A stretch of 63,969 nucleotides of DNA, filler included, from Blastocystis sp. subtype 4 (Eukaryota), in the NCBI RefSeq assembly GCF_000743755.1. It is 3 parts of 3 records of this genome, joined end to end, with 100 filler letters (N's around TTAATTAATTAA, not from the genome) between each part and the next. Parts side by side here need not be neighbours in the genome. Positions count along the whole stretch, not along the records: positions 1 to 25,865 come from NW_014569396.1; positions 25,966 to 51,813 come from NW_014569395.1; 1 more part is not named here. One strand, written 5' to 3'. Within the stretch, counting starts at the first letter, position 1; every line of letters starts with the position of its first letter. The notes below the pieces were generated by a model, which made no database searches, had not been told where the DNA came from, and saw only the letters and a list, made by a program, of their open reading frames with translations. The translations under genes and the position numbers were made by a program. Positions 24,364-36,319 of this stretch are shown in pieces.

Positions 24364-24651
24364 AGTGAAACACAAATAAACGAAAAAATGACGTCTCTAC
24401 TACCGTTTCCCTGATGACTCCAAAAACCCACGGGAATTCGGAAGTCAATAGAAAAGTAGAAAAGACTGAAAACAACATAATAGGATGTTATCTGTCCAGA
24501 ATAAGAGCCACATATGTGTCAATTCTGTTGGCACTCAACTACACTAACACGACAATTACCTCTAATACCCAACATTTCCGTTCACACACAGTTCATTTAC
24601 CTTTTTGTATTAGACAGAAGCGATCTCAACAACATACATTAATTCGTCACT

Positions 24652-25626
24652 ATGATTTCTAATAAGGTATTTATCTGTATCTTTTGCTTCTTTGTTATGG
24701 GAATCATTTACACAGGAGCACAAATGTTTTTTGTATGTTTGACGGATTTCCTGTTAGAGTAGATCTTACCTAAGTTGCACTACAGTGATATATCCGAGGC
24801 AACATTTCGATCACAAACAACGATGGAACGGATGGGTCCGATCCGTCCTAATGTGATTAACCGATGGACACTCTTTCAGGCCAAAGAACATCCAGATCAA
24901 TATGACCTAGATGATGGGATTGTTGTTGTCAAGGGAGATGATGAAAAGACAAAAAAGAAGTCAAATCTACGCAATTCTGAGGGTAAAGTACTGTATAGTG
25001 ATAGTATTGTTGTTCATATGGGGGATAAGCCAAATAAGACTGTTGAATTGGTACCAGTAGTGGAAAAGAAGCCCACTCAGTACTCTCCTCCAGTTCGTGT
25101 AGATTTGTATATGGAGAGTCTGTGTCCCGATACTCATTACTTTGTTAGGAGTGCTCTTAGCAAGGTTGCGCACGATCCAACCATTATGGCCATTACGGAT
25201 CTTCATATGTATATCTTTGGAAAAGGTGAGCAATTATCTCAGGAGCCACAGAAGTTCAGATGCCAGCATGGTCCAGCTGAATGTTATGGTAATCTAGTCG
25301 AGAACTGCATCGTGAAGCATTCAAAGTCTGGTGATGCAGTTGACATCATGATTTGTTTACATCAGAAACGGAATTTTGATGAATCAAGCATTACTTCTTG
25401 TACCCATTCGATTGAAGATGGAAAGACCATCAAACGAGATGTGATGCAGTGCATTCAGGGAGAAGGAAAGTATCTATTACAAAAGGCCTATGATAAGACT
25501 CCTCGTTCACTTGGTTATGTCCCTTCGATGCGTATAAACAAAGGTCCTGTTACTGCGGCTACTGTGAATCTGAAGGATGTAATTTGTAAGAATTATAGTG
25601 GGGAGAAGCCACTATCTTGTCCATAG
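24652..25626 (+). CDS. GILT-family (IFI30) thiol reductase
   Basis: VRVDLYMESLCPDT and FRCQHGPAECYGNLVENC signature. Confidence 0.88.
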
Positions 25627-25814
25627 TTTCTTTACTGTAATTATTGCTGTACTTTGTTATGGTTTGTTCTAAGCAATCTTTGAAGATTCTCGTTTCTCAG
25701 TACTATTCTAGCAATTCACCTAACACTTTGCAAGGCAAAGACACACCACACTTGTGCTCTCATCTCTCTTGTTGGAACAAACAACTCCTCCCCGACGAGG
25801 CGAAAACCTCATCC

Positions 25815-25865
25815 TTAGATGCAATACAAGTTGCGATCCACTTCCTTGGGGAATGGCTGGACCTC
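25815..25865 (-). CDS. 3' fragment of a probable DDX6/Dhh1 DEAD-box helicase (rest lost in gap)
   Basis: EVQPFPKEVDRNLYCI-stop resembles the DDX6 C-terminus; TGTTTGTT on the minus strand at 25783-25776. Only 16 codons visible. Confidence 0.45.
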   Translation of the reverse strand, partial: EVQPFPKEVDRNLYCI

Positions 25866-25965
25866 NNNNNNNNNNNNNNNNNNNNNNNNNNNNNNNNNNN
25901 NNNNNNNNNTTAATTAATTAANNNNNNNNNNNNNNNNNNNNNNNNNNNNNNNNNNNNNNNNNNNN
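25866..25965. other. Assembly gap with TTAATTAATTAA stop linker
   Basis: 44 N + TTAATTAATTAA (25910-25921) + 44 N. Confidence 0.97.
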
Positions 25966-25966
25966 T

Positions 25967-26011
25967 GGTGTTACTGGGTTATTCCCAGAGAACTATACAC
26001 AACCAGCTTAG
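25967..26011 (+). CDS. 3' fragment of an SH3-domain protein
   Basis: GVTGLFPENYTQPA-stop is the SH3 G-x-F-P-x-N-Y motif; TGTTTGTT at 26057. Confidence 0.6.
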   Translation, partial: GVTGLFPENYTQPA

Positions 26012-26112
26012 GTGACCTGCTTTCACTGTTTTTCTCTCAGTGAAGGTTGAACTTTGTGTTTGTTCAAAGTAATCTTGATCAGTATTGAACCATTTTATTG
26101 GCACACAATAGC

Positions 26113-27517
26113 ATGCAACCAGTGAACATTGAACGAGGGCTCGCTGCTATTGAAGCAAAGCTTCAGGATCGCAAATGTCTTCCTCATTTACTGGCTTTGG
26201 CTAGAGAGCATCCTGAAGATATCAATAAATATCTTTCATTGGCTGAGAGTATTGACTCGGATCTAAGTGCAAGATGTACCTTTTTCAAATTGTAGTGTAA
26301 TCGAATAGCAACAACGGTAAAGGTAACAGAGGAAAGAGAAAAATGTAAAACAATAGATGTTGAATTAGGATATAGATATTGCCTTTTTTGTCTTACCAAG
26401 TATTACAGGAATGGTTCCAAAAGGGAAATATTTGGTGGCTTTCTGTGATTCATGCTTCTATCTCGATTCTCCTTCTCGTCAGATTAAAATCGAATACAAC
26501 AAGTTTGAGGAACTGTTAGCAACTGAAACATAGTATCCGAAATGTCATCAGTATCGGGGCATTAGATGTGAAGGAAGTGATGAATGTTGTCATTTCTCTG
26601 AAGACTCCTCTTGAAGTGCTCAGAAAGTGAAAGTGTTAATGTTTAGATCGGAAAGCGTCATTTTGACTCCCTCTGTCTCTCACTGGATAACCACACGAGT
26701 AAGAAAATATTTTTTGAAGATAAGAAACGGCAAATTTCAGGAAAGGCCTATTCCATCTTCTTGACAGTGCTAAAACTAAAGTTTCCTTTCACAGTAAGCC
26801 GCTCTCTTGTGTTGAGACAAAGCTTATCAAGCCTGAACTTACCTTTTTTATCAGTAGCCAAAGAACAGCCTTTATCAAATGTTATCATGGTGTTAGTATT
26901 GTCGTTATGGTGGACTGTAGACTTCTCCTTGTTATCTAATTCCCTTCCGTTCAGGCTTGGTTGTTCTGACGTCAACGATTGTCCACTATCTTCCTAATGA
27001 ATCAATCACTGCGTATTATCTGATTTTGAATGATACAAAGACTGAATTTGGATCGACTTGGGGGAAATACGTTTGATTTCACCGTGAAAGCAGGAAAACG
27101 GGTAATCGATGTATGTATGCTTGGAAACTATAATAGACAGTTGACAATGGTTTCTCGAGAAGAGCGGATGTGTTTGGAGGAGTAAGACAGGAATGTGTAA
27201 TTGATGAATAGGTATTCCAAGGAAATTATTCATGAAAATCGACGGAAACGTATGAACACAAGGAAGGTATGTCTGAATAGAAAATGGAATAGTTATGAGC
27301 GAGGAGGAGTCAAGGTAAAGAGAAAATAGAGGAATTATGTGTAGTGAGGAAGAGTTTTCGGAAGAATCAGAAGATGAAGGAGAAAGGGAACGGGACGCAG
27401 CTGCATTGAAGGAATTAGTGAAAGAAGAACCAAATGAAGAATTAAGTGGGGTAGGTGATTCCAGTGATGAGCAAACAGATGAAATGAGTGAAAGCAGACG
27501 AAAACGGGTCTGTTTGT
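26113..27517 (+). CDS. Rtt106/SSRP1-like double-PH histone chaperone (tentative)
   Basis: Spliced reading IKCYH..SPCYLIPFRSGLVVL...YLPNESI...FDFTVK...MVSREE plus an acidic tail and terminal RRKR. Confidence 0.4.
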
Positions 27518-28230
27518 TTTGTGTTTGTTATAGTGGAAACTAGCAGTATCGTAAACTCAATAGCCTATTTTACATTTGTGCACCACCTTCTTTGGAATAG
27601 TGGTAATATGTCAAGTTGACACATAACCACCTTTTCAAATCCTTGCTTGTTCGGCTCCTTTCTATCGTTCATGAATAATCGAAAACTAAAGTATACACTA
27701 CAGGTCTAATGGATACACTTATGTCATCATAATTGCGATGATAACAAAGAACCCACCAAAAGGTCTCTATCTCGATCTACGAACGATCAAAATCCTATTT
27801 CGATGTCGAACGTGACCATGAACATGCAATACATTTGTGTTTTTTTTCTACAAGATGGCCACGATGAAAAGATGCTGTCAAACATCCAATGAGGAGAAGT
27901 TGATATTCTTTTCTACAGAGACAAAAATCGGGGATATTTTTGCGTTTTACTGTTCAAGGAGTATTTATCGAAACCTTGACTGGAAGGACCAGAAATAACC
28001 ATCCATGTCTGAAAGTGGCGTTCCTAATATCCGTGCTTTTAGGGGTAAGCCTTTTTGAAGTGAGTAATGGCAGGTTCTGGGACTGAGCCAGCGGAGAGGA
28101 GAATGGATTCGTTGAATGATAACTCTGTGATAGTTCCACAGAGAATCACCTCGGATACGGTGTTTTCTTTGTTGGATATGTTTATGGGCGGTAACTGTGT
28201 AGAGACTTGCAGCATGAAAGAGGATGCAAT

Positions 28231-30250
28231 ATGACTTCGTTTGACTCTTCAATGAACAGGCCTGGAGAACGTCAAATTGAAACGGAGTATAGTTCTTTAC
28301 GCGGAAGCCGTAGCTCAGATGAGCGAAGTGAGAGCTATGGTCGTAACTATTTTGTCAGTTTCGAAAGAAGTGATTATCCTCAGGTCCCTCCATTTACATC
28401 TTCTACAGATGCGGGTGTGGGTGAATCGATTTTTTATTATCCTTTTCCTAAGGATTATGGATATAGAGATAGAAGAGTGACCTCACCTTCAATGTCATCA
28501 CGAAGATCCCCGGATATTCATCAGGACTATGAGGAAAACTATGTCGAAGAGTAGTAATAATATTCGTTGTTGATGTGTAGGAATTATAATTCAAGTTATA
28601 AAGGATATCCTCCAAATAATCCAAATAACTCTACTCGTAGCAATTGCTTAAGTGCACCTCCCGATGCCGTGCCATTTGTTCCTATTCCTATTGTTTACGA
28701 TAATTGTATTTATGTTGAAGTGTATTTATTATTAGATGCATATGGAATGAATAGCAATGGTTCTGGGCCATACCCTGATACTATGCCACCTGTTCCTGTG
28801 TATCCTCAGCGTAGCCCTCCTGTTTTTATTGCTCATCCTGATTATCCGCCTCGGATGCCTTCAGCTCATGCTTATCCTGTTTATCCTTCCGATGATTATG
28901 AGCCCCATCCTTCGTACTATCCTCCACGAAGACTGCAAATAGAATCTGTGCCTCCTTTGTCTGTTATGGATACTTCTACTTCAACTAGTTACTCGAAACC
29001 CCGTCATAGTCGTCATTCGCAGCCCAATCCTTCTACGGATTCTTCAGGATCGTGTCACCCACAACGTTCTGATTCGCATAACCGACGGAAATCAAATCGC
29101 CGAACCAGTGATCGATCTACTCCTAATGGTCGTCATTCTTCTCATGCCCCTTCTCTCTCTGATTATGAAGATAGCATTCTTGATTTAGCCTTGCAACAGA
29201 AGGGATGTCGTATGCTTCAAAGAGAACTGGACTTGAAAGGAGTATCCATGGTCGATATTATTTATCGAGCGATTGGAGACCAGATCAATCTATTGGTAAT
29301 GGATCAGTATGGAAACTATCTATTTCAGAAGCTTATTGATTTGAGTAATGATGATCAGAAGCGGGAGGTCGTCGGTGATTGTCTTGTGATTCAACTGTAG
29401 TTACGACGTGTTCAAATGCAATTGCCTGTTGCTTCTAAAAGTGATCAAGGAACACGCTGTGTCCAGAATCTCATAGCTGTTAGTATTGAAGATTCTTCTC
29501 ATTCATAGAACTGCAAGCAACCAGATATGATGGAAATGATTATTCAAGGATTGGAGGGACACACTGTGGAACTGTGTGCTGATAGTAACGGGAATCATGT
29601 TATCAGTAAGTGTCTGGAAATTAAACCAGAAAAATTGCGTTATCCATTGTATGAGCATATAATTGCTCATTGTTCTACTGTAAGTATGATCAAATAGGTT
29701 GACTGTAGATTGCTCAAGAAAAGTATGGTTGTTCAGTAATAATCAAATGTACGAATATTATGACGGGCCCATACCGTTCTCGTTTAATTAGTGCGATTGA
29801 ATCCTGTGTCATGGTTCTGATTGATAACAGCTACAGCAATTATATCATTCAGAACATCATCAATACATCTCCAACAGAAGAAAGTCAACGCTTCTGCCGA
29901 TATGTTCTTGGTCATGTGGTTGAGTTTTCGATGCAAAAATGTAGTAGTAACGTTGTGGAATGTGCAATTAAGAATGGGGATGACTCCACACGCGATGCAA
30001 TTATTGATGAGTTATTGGAGTATGGCTCCATGCTCAATCTTCTGGAGGATCAGGTAGGTGTTGACTGGGAATGTGATTATAGTATGCGAATTATGTTGTT
30101 CAAAAAGCCCTTGTATTGACAACGGGCGAGAAGAAGAAGGAATTGGCATATGCTATTAGACCGTATTTGGAAAAGCTGAAGGAATCTCGCTCTGGTCAGT
30201 TCATCATACCAAAAATTATGGATATGTTGCACGACGAGGACGAGCAATAA
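28231..30250 (+). CDS. Pumilio-family (Puf) RNA-binding protein
   Basis: Pro/Ser-rich N-terminus, then Puf repeats: QQKGCRMLQ, DQYGNYLFQKL, DSNGNHVI, SNYIIQ, QKCSSNVVE, YANYVVQ. Confidence 0.92.
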
Positions 30251-30373
30251 GTATTGGTTATGCTCCTTTTATGTGGTCGCTCTAGCTTTTGGAATCCATC
30301 TTTCCTTGTTTGTTAAAATGACCTTATCCCCGTGGGTTTGTTACCATCGATGGAAACCACTTATTCGATCATC

Positions 30374-31100
30374 ATGAGTGAAGAGAAGAAAAAGAAGGAA
30401 GTGGTGCCAGAGCCAGAATACTACATACCCCCCGAAGAGCTTCAGAAAGCGTTTGAAGAAACCAAAGCACTATTTGATCTAAGTAACAAGAAGAAGTCGA
30501 AGAAGAGGGCTGCTGCTGGAGAGAAAAACATGGGTGGACTAGGAAATGATGGTAATCTTGCTCATATGAAAGCAGAGACCGCTGGAGACCAGTATCACAA
30601 ATACATCGACGTAAAATATGTGATAGCGTATGTTCTGTAGATTCTAGATCGTGTGTATGAACAAATCCAAGCCAATAATCCAGAATTGACTGCAACGAAG
30701 AAGTATACAATGTCAGTTCCCCAGGTTGCTCGTGTCGGAACTACGAAGACTTGTTGGATCAACTTCGTCGATCATTGTAACCGTATGAACCGTGACTACA
30801 AGCATGTTCTCAGCTTTGTCCTCAGTGAGTTGGGAACCGAAGGATCTCTGGATGGAAAGAATCAACTTATTATCAAAGGTCGTTACGTAAACAAGAAGCT
30901 GGAGTCTATTCTGAAGAAGTATATTAGTATCTATGTTGCATGCAGTATGTGCCATTCTCCAAACACCATTTTGGAACGTGATCATGTCAATAAGCTGTAC
31001 TTCGTCCTCTGCAAGAATTGTGGTTGTAAGAGGTCAGTGGCAGCTATCAAGAGCGGTTACCATGCAGTTTCAAAGGGTGAAAGATACAAGAGTCGTCAGT
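30374..31100 (+). CDS. EIF2S2: Translation initiation factor eIF2 beta
   Basis: Lys boxes; PQVARVGTTKT.W.NF, ELGTEGSLDG, C-x2-C...C-x2-C zinc ribbon. Genomic TGA at 31112-31114, predicted poly(A) stop at 31100. Confidence 0.96.
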
Positions 31101-31121
31101 CATTTGTTTGTTGAAATCCTC

Positions 31122-32193
31122 ATGAAAAGACTGAAATGTGTTGTTCATATTCATAATGTTGATGAAGAATACAGAATTCTCATTGCAGTCCAACAAAACA
31201 TGAAGACGGTGGAGGATCTAGTAAATAGTGTTATATCGCGGTATACGCAGAGACCCATTGTAGTGAAAAATGTAGCAATATAATTTTAGATAAAGGCAGC
31301 TGTTTATGTAGATGGCTATTCGGTTATGCTTTCAGATGAAATTGATATTCTTTTAGAAACTGATATCGTGAATATTATATGTACACTAAAGGAAAGGAAG
31401 AAAGAAAAGGGATTGAAGAAGAAGAAGAAATCAAAGAAAGATGCTGAAGACACAAATCGAAGATCTGAAAAACGGGAGTTAGAAGTAAAACCAAGGGTGA
31501 TTGACAACTCTCAGGAAACGTGTGATAATAATGAGTATTCGATTCCTCAAAACAAGATCATTCGGTTTGAAGAAGTCGCACATGAGACTGGAGACAAAGG
31601 GGTCCCTCTTCGGATTCGGAAACCATCCTTTTCTCCAAGAGAGAATACAAATACCCCAACTGTAAATATCCGAGATGAGACAAAGCGTCGAACGAGAAGG
31701 GGCAAACGAGCAGGGAAACGGGTTAACAATAGAAATGGCGAATTGGAAGAGAATACGAAGTCTCAACAATCCTTTTTGGATTTTATCGTTGACAATGACC
31801 CAGAAATTACCACGAATACTGAAGCTTTACCAGGATTCTCGTTGATGGAAGATACTGGTGGTGCTTCTCCGATTAAGCACTCTAAGGAAGAAGATAGTGT
31901 AGAAGATCTTGGACCAGCTGTTCCCCTTCTTCATGATGTTGTTTCTTGTAATCTCTTGCATTTGGACCGAGTATCTAAGACGCCTGTGATTGGTCGAGTT
32001 AAGGGGAAGGTAATCAAGTACGATTGGATTCGACATATTATGGATAGTGTGACAGGAGATCGAATTCGGATATATTCGGAGGATCTAGATGACATTTTTG
32101 AGGTAACCATAGTACCATAGAAATGATATATAGTTTTTGCGGAGTGACACACCTGATTTGATCATTCATGAGGGCCCATCTCTAACTAAATGA
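31122..32193 (+). CDS. COIL: Coilin-like Cajal body protein
   Basis: N-domain (KTVEDLVNSVISRY..VYVDGYSV...IDILLETDIV), basic RRTRRGKRAGKR, Tudor-like C-terminus (VPLLHDVVSCNLLHLD...TPVIG..KGKVIKYD). Confidence 0.6.
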
Positions 32194-33181
32194 TCTGTTT
32201 GTTCTCAACAAGAATGCACATATCATACTCTGTAGAAAATCATATTCTTGAGTAGCAATACTGTCTTTATTGATTGATTTCACTTTCTTTTGTCTCTTTG
32301 GAGACTGTATCCTAACTGCAGTAGTAATAGAATCCTTTACATTGAATGGTATATCCAAATCTGGCCAAAACTGCTTCTTCCATTCCTTGATAGTACTCTT
32401 AAATTCATCTTCATTAACGTGGTAAAGATGGGTACAGAGACTAATCAAGGAGACAACTCCATAATAAAGGACAAGATTGGCAAATTGACAAGAAACGTGA
32501 GAAGGCTTTTGATCGAATGAAGCAGTGATAAAACTATAGGATGCACTTATAGTATACCAGTAACTACATCAAATATTCGTCAAAAAGGTACTTTCGCGAT
32601 GTAGTATAAAAATCACGTTCCATAAGTAAACTTCGTTTATTCATATAGGAATAATGTGTCTACATTATCAAACAACTCTTTAACATACTTGGAGAATCCT
32701 GTCCACATCCTTTTGAAGAGATTCATCGATATTCTTTGAATTTGGCTTTGAAATAGAACTAGTATCGTCTTCCAATTCCGAATAGTCACTAAACTGTGAT
32801 TCTGACTCTTCACTTTCGTTTGTTTCTAATTTTGAGGAGTGCTTTCGGTCGTTGTAGTAGCGACAGTATATTACCCAATAAGAAGGATATAGCTGATGCA
32901 AATACTACTCCTAAGGGGGCAAAAATAATCCATACAACATATGGAAGACATTGTTTGGTTTTCACCTTCACTGGAACAGTGATGACCAATAACCATTCCT
33001 TTATCAGATTGCATATAGTTTCAATAACAGTTTTGGAAACATCGTCATATCCCAACGCATGGAAAAGTTGAATGACATATGATGTTTCATTAACGAACTT
33101 CTGATCCTGAAGTAGTAAATCACTCTCGTTGGAACCACCTTCGACAACTTTTGGCCGTTTGGATAAAGGTCCTGCATCCAT
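32182..33181 (-). CDS. Hypothetical protein (spliced)
   Basis: Chain of minus-strand exons from MDAGPLSKRPK; no family recognised. Confidence 0.5.
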
Positions 33182-33240
33182 GCTACAACAAACACTAATA
33201 AATGGATACAACTATAAAAATCCATAGTAGAAAAACACAA

Positions 33241-34089
33241 CTAAAGCTTGCCATAGACTTCACCATCCTTCTTCTTGTATTTAGGCTTAATGACCTTCAC
33301 CTTCTTTTGCTTCTCAGGGACAACTACCTTCTTACTAAGATCCTTGAGATGGCGACGAGCTTGTTCCTCTTCCCATTCCTCATCCACATCACTGACTTCT
33401 ACGCCAGCATCTTCCAACTCCATCTCAAGTTTCATTGCAGCCATCTTCTCCTGAAGATTTTCAAAAACGGTGCTCTTGCGCATCTCCTCCTCATCCATGT
33501 CACCGAACCCTTGTGATGATAGATAATTGTGATGCTTTCTATTAAGCACTCTTCGTTCAATAGGAGCATCAAAGTCAATATCCTCCTCATCCGAGGAAGT
33601 ACGTTTCTTCTTCTTGGGAACTTCGCCACGTTCGATACACAGTCTGTCTTCTTCGTCAAGATCAAAAAGAGAAATGAGATCCATGTATGGAATACCATCA
33701 ACGAACAGATCTACTAGTCAATTCTGAATTCTAGAAATACCATATACAATTACACCATCCTCCTTGACAAAACTCACTTCCATGAGATAGTTATCCACAG
33801 TAAATGAGGTGGAGAAGGTTTTGGCCATCAACTAGAAATGAACTAAATTATTCGTACCATACACCTCTGGACTCATGAACAACAACTTCATTCACACGAA
33901 TAAGTCTCTTGCCAGAAACGGTAGAATGCTTCAACATAATCTCAACCTTCTTCAGATTAATAATGAGTCCCCATTTGATCATCTTCTTGCTGGAGGGAAC
34001 AAGTTTACCAATATTCTTGCCCATTACCTCACTACATCAAAATCTGCTTCAATTGCATACGTTCTAAACAAACCACGTAACTGAACCAT
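33241..34089 (-). CDS. Second FAIM1-like domain protein
   Basis: Spliced IKWGLIINLKKVEIMLKHSTVSGKRLIRVNE...FSTSFTVD...YDLFVDGIPY, then a charged tail. Confidence 0.6.
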
Positions 34090-34668
34090 TTGGAATTACA
34101 GAATGGAATAAAATATGTTTCCAACGGCACAACAATTCCTCATGTACGTCCAGTGATTCTTATTATCAAGTAGTTCCAGTCAATCTAACGAAACTGTTAT
34201 CCGATTGTTTATTCTGTTCTAATACTATGTGTTGCATACTCTTTGGATCACGATAAGGCAGATTCGAACATAACAAATCATCTGTTCTAATGGGAGCCAA
34301 AACACATGAAATCTCCTCCAGTTACTATTTGATTGCTTCAGGAATGCAATACAAAGAACTAGTGTGTTTTCTCTCTTGATCCTACACTATTGTATAGTAA
34401 TCTTCCAATTGCCATTTTATCTGGTCTATATTCATTTTATTAGCGTAATTCGGGTATTTGTAGCTAAAGATCACATAAAAATATGAATAGCGGGAATTTT
34501 GCCATTCTAACGGTAATTACAGTTCTCAATACTTAAGACAAAAAAGATCAAAGTTGAAATTCCGATAGTTTCAAAGTGATCCCAGTTGTGTATTGATCCT
34601 ATCATTTGCCTATTAACAGACGGTATGTCCAACTAATGATACCATGATCATACAGATATTTCTAGAGA

Positions 34669-36290
34669 ATGGACCTATCTAATTCTGCTGAACCAGTTCC
34701 AATGAAGAATACTGATGCTCAGCAACAAGGATCAACATATTCTCCTTCTTGCAGTTTTATTTGCCAAGATGATTAATAATAGATAATCCTGGTCAAATGA
34801 ATATCGAGGTTATGGTTGATTCCCCTAGATTGCCTTCGCCAAACGATATAGCTATAAAATCTGAAGTTGTAGAGTTACCAGAGAAGGTTTCTAGTCCTAT
34901 CACTGACAATTCGTCGGCTCTGGAAATTTCCAGGCCTGTTGATACAAATATAAATGTTAACTCGTCCAAAATGGAGATCCAAGCAAAAGATAATCCATCG
35001 TATATACCCGTTCAAATCAAACAAGAGGATGAAGTTACAGTTAAAGATGAAAAGGATGAATCAAGGGCAATTTATGGTTGGCAGTATTCTTTCCCACTCT
35101 TATCAACTGAGGAAGTGAAGAAAGCGTTGGACAAATGTTCGAATTTCCTATATATTCCACCAGATCCGCCAGCACCTCAGTTATCTCGGAAATCTTCCAA
35201 AGTGGGTATGCGACGAATGAAGCGATCCTCTCCAGGAGTTGAAGCCTTGGGTATTTTTCTTGATGCTGTTCTAACATAGATCTCAATGATTCAGTACCAA
35301 CCGATCAGATAGATCTGGAGAATGAGGTGTTTAATTATCAACAGCAATCGGATATGCTACCTCAAGGTTTGTTTTCACTCCGCACAGATCTTGACAGTCT
35401 TCGAAAACGAGTGAAGACTGGGTTCTATCGTCCAAAACCACGTCGTATTGATCAGAGTGTAAATGTCTGGGAAGAGGAGGATGGATTTCTGGGATGGGAT
35501 GATCATGAAGGGAGAGAGATAAACATGAGTCAAACGGAAAGGAAAGAAGAGGAGATATCCTATGAATCAGGAAATGGAAACGAAGTGGAGAGTACAAAAC
35601 AAGTGGTAGAAGATGTAAATCAAGTGAAGCCAACCGAAGTAGATAATCAGAACGAAGAGAAGGATGTAGAAGCAGTAGAAACACAGTCTGTTGCAAGTGT
35701 ATCTCAACATGCACTGGAGGTCTCTTCTTCGTTGTCCTCTCAAATGGAATTTCTACGACAAACTCCTGGACTTTCTTCAATTCTACCAGCACTGAATCTC
35801 TCAGGAACCTCTCCGATTCAATCCCAAGAATCATCTCTAAAAGAGGTTCCTCTTTCAGGCAAGTCAGAGGCAGTAATTGACTCTAAAAGTGATAATGATC
35901 CCTCTTCCACTTCCAGCCGCCATTCGAGTTTTAGCAAGGCTCCAACACCCAAACAGCGAACACCCCTGGATATTGATTGCTCATTTGAAGCTGAAGAAGA
36001 TTTGCAGACTGTTGTTAAGAAAATCCAGCCATATATAGGTCCCAAGTACAAGTCGATTCAGTTACCATTGATTCCTGAGCCTGAGTTAATCTTTCAGAAG
36101 GATCAAGAACCTCAGCAGGATGAAAACAAGGAGAAACTCCTAGACTCATTATATTCGGCCCTAGTAAGTGGAATATTATCAAACACACCTCCTGAAACGA
36201 AACCATCAACGCCTATCATAACAGAGTCAAATCCTCTCTTTAAGGATTACAAAGTCTATTGTCTTCCTCCTCTATATAATGTTTCACCCT
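34669..36290 (+). CDS. Hypothetical low-complexity protein
   Basis: ORFs 34797-35279 and 35327-36328 joined by a short intron. Predicted poly(A)-made stop at 36290. Confidence 0.6.
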
Positions 36291-36319
36291 ATCTTGTTTC
36301 TTACAATAACAAACACATA

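Noticed and set aside
24364..24650. TPP riboswitch upstream of the thiamine-salvage gene
   Set aside because: No CTGAGA / ACCTGAT..GGATAATGCC core on either strand; only a small hairpin near 24496-24532. Introns are too short to hold one.
25910..25921. TTAATTAATTAA palindrome (also at 51858-51869)
   Set aside because: Centred in identical N runs; a six-frame stop linker added during scaffolding.
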